NCBI RefSeq assembly: GCF_042660085.1
Contig: NZ_JBHSTI010000008.1
Span: 180,001-212,000 of the forward strand
Reading direction: 5' to 3'
Origin: Longivirga aurantiaca
GTDB lineage: Bacteria; Actinomycetota; Actinomycetes; S36-B12; CAIYMF01
DNA length: 32,000 nt
Shown: piece after piece, positions 28,187 to 32,000 of the stretch
Layout: every line of letters begins with the position of its first letter
Numbering within the stretch: position 1 is the stretch's first letter
Notes under the pieces: generated by a model
Told to the model about the DNA's origin: nothing
Seen by the model: the letters and a program-made list of their open reading frames with translations, nothing else
Databases searched by the model: none
Program-made: the position numbers and the translations under genes

Positions 28187-28468
28187 ATGCCTCGCAGCCT
28201 GAAGAAGGGCCCCTTCATCGACGGCCACCTCGCCAAGAAGGTGGACGATCAGAACGCCAAGGGGACCAAGAACGTCATCAAGACCTGGTCGCGTCGTTCG
28301 ATGATCTCGCCGGACATGCTCGGCCACACCATCGCGGTGCACGACGGTCGCAAGCACATCCCGGTCTTCGTGACCGAGAACATGATCGGCCACAAGCTCG
28401 GTGAGTTCGCGCCCACCCGCACGTTCCGTGGCCACATCAAGGACGACCGCAAGGCGCGCCGCCGCTAA
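28187..28468 (+). CDS. rpsS: 30S ribosomal protein S19, 93 aa
   Basis: Translation [57 protein letters not shown]... Confidence 0.95.
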   Translation: MPRSLKKGPFIDGHLAKKVDDQNAKGTKNVIKTWSRRSMISPDMLGHTIAVHDGRKHIPVFVTENMIGHKLGEFAPTRTFRGHIKDDRKARRR

Positions 28469-28538
28469 AGCACGGCGGCACGTCACCGAGCACGACCACA
28501 CGATCCGAACAAGTACGACGACCAGCAAGGGGACAGCG

Positions 28539-28898
28539 ATGGAAGCCAGGGCCCAGGCGCGCTACGTGCGCGTCACGCCCATGAAGGCACGCCGCGTCAT
28601 CGACCTCATCCGCGGCCTGCCGGCCGCCGAGGCACAGGCGGTGCTGCACTTCGCGCCGCAGGCAGCGAGCGAGCCCGTGGGCAAGGTGCTTGACAGCGCT
28701 ATCGCCAACGCGACGAACAACTTCAACCTCGACCCGGACACCCTGGTCGTGCGTGAGGCGTACGTGGACGAGGGCCCGACCCTGAAGCGGTTCCGTCCGC
28801 GTGCCCAGGGTCGTGCGTACCGCATCCGCAAGCGCACCAGCCACATCACCGTCGTCGTCGAGTCGGTCACCGCCGACTCGGCGCGGAAGAAGGGGTGA
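28539..28898 (+). CDS. rplV: 50S ribosomal protein L22, 119 aa
   Basis: ATG after AAGGGGA RBS. Translation [51 protein letters not shown]... Confidence 0.93.
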   Translation: MEARAQARYVRVTPMKARRVIDLIRGLPAAEAQAVLHFAPQAASEPVGKVLDSAIANATNNFNLDPDTLVVREAYVDEGPTLKRFRPRAQGRAYRIRKRTSHITVVVESVTADSARKKG

Positions 28899-28905
28899 CC
28901 CGGCC

Positions 28906-29745
28906 GTGGGCCAGAAGATCAACCCGTACGGCTTCCGTCTGGGCATCACCACCGACTACAAGTCGCGCTGGTTCGCCGACTCCTCCAAGGAGGGTCAGCG
29001 CTACCGCGACTACGTCGATGAGGACGTCAAGATCCGTCGCCTCATGACCAAGGGCATGGAGCGTGCCGGCATCAGCAAGGTGGAGATCGAGCGCACGCGT
29101 GAGCGCGTCCGCGTCGACATCCACACTGCTCGCCCCGGCATCGTCATCGGCCGCCGTGGCGCCGAGGCCGACCGCATCCGCGGCGACCTCGAGAAGCTCA
29201 CCGGCAAGCAGGTGCAGCTCAACATCCTCGAGGTCAAGAACCCCGAGATCGACGCGCAGCTCGTCGCGCAGGGCGTGGCCGAGCAGCTCTCGAGCCGTGT
29301 CTCGTTCCGTCGCGCCATGCGCAAGTCGATGCAGTCCGCCATGAAGGGCGGCGCCAAGGGCATCCGTGTCCAGGTGTCCGGCCGTCTCGGTGGCGCGGAG
29401 ATGAGCCGTACCGAGTTCTACCGCGAGGGCCGCGTGCCGCTGCACACGCTCCGCGCGAACATCGACTACGGCTTCTACGAGGCCCGCACGACCTTCGGCC
29501 GCATCGGCGTGAAGGTCTGGATCTACAAGGGCGAGGTCAGCCAGTCGCGCACCGAGCGCGAGGCCGCCATCGCCGCGGAGCGTCTCGGCGCCGGCCGCCG
29601 TCCCGAGCGTGCCGGTCGTCCGGCCGCCGCTCGTGGCCCGCGTCGCGACGAGGCCGCTGCCCCCGCGGTCGAGGCCACCGAGGCTCCCGCCGCTGAGCCG
29701 GTCGAGGCCGTCGCTGCGGTCGAGACCCCCGGAACGGAGGCCTGA
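28906..29745 (+). CDS. rpsC: 30S ribosomal protein S3 with Ala/Glu/Pro-rich C-terminal tail, 279 aa
   Basis: GTG start. Translation [47 protein letters not shown]... Confidence 0.93.
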   Translation: MGQKINPYGFRLGITTDYKSRWFADSSKEGQRYRDYVDEDVKIRRLMTKGMERAGISKVEIERTRERVRVDIHTARPGIVIGRRGAEADRIRGDLEKLTGKQVQLNILEVKNPEIDAQLVAQGVAEQLSSRVSFRRAMRKSMQSAMKGGAKGIRVQVSGRLGGAEMSRTEFYREGRVPLHTLRANIDYGFYEARTTFGRIGVKVWIYKGEVSQSRTEREAAIAAERLGAGRRPERAGRPAAARGPRRDEAAAPAVEATEAPAAEPVEAVAAVETPGTEA

Positions 29746-29747
29746 CC

Positions 29748-30167
29748 ATGCTGATCCCTCGCAGGGTCAAGCACCGCAAGCAGCACCACCCGGACCGTAC
29801 GGGCGCTGCCAAGGGCGGCACCGAGGTGACCTGGGGCCAGTACGGCCTGCAGGCCCTCGAGCCGGCCTACGTGACCAACCGTCAGATCGAGTCCGCCCGT
29901 ATCGCCATCACGCGTCACATCCGCCGTGGTGGCAAGGTCTGGATCACGATCTACCCGGACCGCCCGATCACCAAGAAGCCCGCCGAGACCCGCATGGGTT
30001 CCGGCAAGGGCTCGCCCGAGTGGTGGGTGGCCAACGTCAAGCCCGGACGCGTGATGTTCGAGCTGTCGTTCCCCAACGAGGTAGTGGCACGCGAGGCGCT
30101 CACCCGCGCCGCGCACAAGCTGCCCATGAAGTGCCGCATCGTGCGGCGCGAGGCTGGTGACATCTAA
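29748..30167 (+). CDS. rplP: 50S ribosomal protein L16, 139 aa
   Basis: Translation [66 protein letters not shown]... Confidence 0.95.
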   Translation: MLIPRRVKHRKQHHPDRTGAAKGGTEVTWGQYGLQALEPAYVTNRQIESARIAITRHIRRGGKVWITIYPDRPITKKPAETRMGSGKGSPEWWVANVKPGRVMFELSFPNEVVAREALTRAAHKLPMKCRIVRREAGDI

Positions 30168-30392
30168 ATGGCAACCGGGACCAAGCCGACCGAGCTGCGC
30201 ACCCTGACCGACGACGAGCTCGTCGAGAAGCTGCGCGAGGCCAAGGCCGAGCTCTTCAACCTGCGTTTCCAGGCGGCCACCGGCCAGCTGGAGAGCCACG
30301 GCCGTCTGCGCGCCGTCCGCACGGACATCGCGCGCATCTACACGATCATGCGCGAGCGCGAGCTCGGGATCACCCCTGTGGGTGCCGCGTGA
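30168..30392 (+). CDS. rpmC: 50S ribosomal protein L29, 74 aa
   Basis: ATG immediately follows the rplP TAA. Translation [50 protein letters not shown]. Confidence 0.93.
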   Translation: MATGTKPTELRTLTDDELVEKLREAKAELFNLRFQAATGQLESHGRLRAVRTDIARIYTIMRERELGITPVGAA

Positions 30393-30679
30393 GCGAGAAC
30401 AGCGAGAAGGCAGTGACTGAGACCGACATCCGCGGCTCCCGCAAGACGCGCGAGGGGTACGTCGTCAGCGACAAGATGGACAAGACCGTCGTCGTCGCCG
30501 TCGAGGACCGCTTCAAGCACCCGCTGTACGGCAAGGTCGTCCGCCGTACGAGCAAGCTGCACGCCCACGACGAGGCCAACGCGGCCGGCATCGGCGACAA
30601 GGTCCTCCTCATGGAGACCCGTCCGCTGTCCGCCACCAAGCGCTGGCGCGTCGTGGAGATCCTCGAGAAGGCCAAGTGA
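30389..30679 (+). CDS. rpsQ: 30S ribosomal protein S17, 96 aa
   Basis: GTG overlaps the rpmC stop (GTGA). Translation [45 protein letters not shown]. Confidence 0.93.
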   Translation: MSENSEKAVTETDIRGSRKTREGYVVSDKMDKTVVVAVEDRFKHPLYGKVVRRTSKLHAHDEANAAGIGDKVLLMETRPLSATKRWRVVEILEKAK

Positions 30680-30724
30680 TCCGGGGGCGGGCACCGCAGG
30701 GTTTCCGCCCCAAGATCACGAGTT

Positions 30725-30753
30725 TTGGCCCCTGTCCCGGGGCCGACTAGACT
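30725..30753 (+). promoter_or_regulatory. Candidate spc-operon promoter
   Basis: TTGGCC-N17-TAGACT inside the 168-nt rpsQ-rplN gap. Motif match only. Confidence 0.4.
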
Positions 30754-30847
30754 CACCAGGTCCTGCACACGTGCGGGGCCGCACCACACATCCGTTCCGC
30801 AAGGCTCGGTCAAGCCGAGAACCGGCGCGACAACAGGAGACAGACAA

Positions 30848-31216
30848 GTGATCCAGCAGGAGTCGCGACTGCGTGTCGCCGACAACACGGGTGCCAAGGA
30901 AATTCTGTGCATCCGCGTTCTCGGCGGTTCCGGTCGACGCTACGCGGGCATCGGCGACGTCATCGTCGCCACCGTGAAGGACGCGATCCCCGGTGGCAAC
31001 GTGAAGAAGGGCGACGTCGTCAAGGCGGTCATCGTGCGCACCAAGAAGGAGCGCCGGCGCCTGGACGGGTCGTACATCCGCTTCGACGAGAACGCCGCCG
31101 TCATCCTCAAGGGCGATGGCGAGCCGCGCGGCACGCGCATCTTCGGCCCGGTGGGCCGCGAGCTGCGCGAGAAGCGCTTCATGAAGATCATCTCGCTGGC
31201 TCCGGAGGTGCTCTGA
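30848..31216 (+). CDS. rplN: 50S ribosomal protein L14, 122 aa
   Basis: GTG after CAGGAGA RBS. Translation [50 protein letters not shown]... Confidence 0.95.
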   Translation: MIQQESRLRVADNTGAKEILCIRVLGGSGRRYAGIGDVIVATVKDAIPGGNVKKGDVVKAVIVRTKKERRRLDGSYIRFDENAAVILKGDGEPRGTRIFGPVGRELREKRFMKIISLAPEVL

Positions 31217-31217
31217 C

Positions 31218-31580
31218 ATGGGCTCGCTGAACATCAAGAAGGGTGACCTCGTCCAGGTCATCACGGGCAAGGACAAGGGCGTCCAGGGCAAGGTCATCGC
31301 CGTCCTGGTCGAGGCCGACAAGGTCCTCGTCGAGGGTGTCAACCGGATCAAGAAGCACACGAAGGTCGGCCAGACCACGCGTGGTGCCAAGACCGGCGGC
31401 ATCGTGACCCAGGAGGCCCCGATCCACGTCTCGAACGTGCAGCTCGTGGACCCCTCGGACAACCGCCCCACCCGCGTCGGCTTCCGTCGTGAGGTGGTCA
31501 CCAAGACCCGTCCCGACGGCACGTCGTACGAGACCTCGCGTTCCGTGCGCGTCTCCAAGCGCACCGGTAAGGACATCTGA
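31218..31580 (+). CDS. rplX: 50S ribosomal protein L24, 120 aa
   Basis: KOW motif [23 protein letters not shown], then [12 protein letters not shown]...[15 protein letters not shown]. Confidence 0.93.
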   Translation: MGSLNIKKGDLVQVITGKDKGVQGKVIAVLVEADKVLVEGVNRIKKHTKVGQTTRGAKTGGIVTQEAPIHVSNVQLVDPSDNRPTRVGFRREVVTKTRPDGTSYETSRSVRVSKRTGKDI

Positions 31581-32000
31581 TGACGACCGAGACCACTGCG
31601 TCCACGGAGACCGCGATCCCGCGTCTCAAGACCCGGTACCGCGAGGAGATCATCCCCACGCTGCGTGAGGAGTTCGCCTTCGCGAACGTCATGCAGGTCC
31701 CGGGCCTCACCAAGATCGTGGTGAACATGGGTGTCGGCGAGGCTGCTCGCGACTCCAAGCTCATCGAGGGTGCCATCAAGGACCTCGCCGCGATCACCGG
31801 CCAGAAGCCGCAGGTGACCAAGGCGCGCAAGTCGATCGCCCAGTTCAAGCTGCGCGAGGGGATGCCGATCGGCGCCCACGTCACGCTGCGCGGCGACCGC
31901 ATGTGGGAGTTCCTCGACCGGCTGCTGTCGGTCGCGCTCCCGCGCATCCGCGACTTCCGCGGCCTGTCCGCGACCCAGTTCGACGGTCGCGGCAACTACA
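31580..32000 (+). CDS. rplE: 50S ribosomal protein L5, N-terminal 140 aa (runs off the window)
   Basis: ATG overlaps the rplX stop (TGATG). My own translation is [116 protein letters not shown].... It is absent from the ORF track because no stop lies in the window. Confidence 0.9.
   Translation, partial: MTTETTASTETAIPRLKTRYREEIIPTLREEFAFANVMQVPGLTKIVVNMGVGEAARDSKLIEGAIKDLAAITGQKPQVTKARKSIAQFKLREGMPIGAHVTLRGDRMWEFLDRLLSVALPRIRDFRGLSATQFDGRGNY

Overview
High-GC (about 70%) Actinomycetota chromosome covering the conserved transcription/translation superlocus. Almost everything sits on the + strand. Order: yajQ(-), tRNA-Tyr, an SDR oxidoreductase(-), tRNA-Thr/tRNA-Met/rpmG, a translationally coupled SDR plus two hot-dog (HadA/HadB-like) dehydratase genes, murB, a DUF6325-like/SHOCT pair, aspC(-), tRNA-Trp/secE/nusG, rplK-rplA, rplJ-rplL, rpoB-rpoC, a small DUF4190-like membrane protein, rpsL-rpsG-fusA-tuf, the S10 operon (rpsJ to rpsQ) and the start of the spc operon (rplN, rplX, partial rplE). 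The gene order matches what I recall for Streptomyces and Micrococcales-type genomes, but I cannot name the genus. I see no mobile elements, CRISPR arrays, defence or toxin systems, pseudogenes or frameshifts. I also cannot honestly point to a novel multi-gene system: this is core genome. The long minus-strand ORFs opposite rpoB, rpoC and fusA are high-GC antisense artefacts. The points worth a second look are small. (1) A 14-nt tandem array in the rpoC 3' UTR that begins with a copy of the rpoC stop region. (2) The uncharacterised DUF6325-like/SHOCT cassette. (3) Lys/Arg-free acidic Ala/Glu/Pro tails on L10 (unusually long) and NusG (with a perfect 27-bp duplication), and a similar stretch ending the S3 tail. 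(4) A split SDR plus hydratase-2 operon. (5) An rplJ leader carrying the only U-tract terminator in the window. (6) A duplicated rplK terminus. Promoter calls are motif matches only and carry low confidence.
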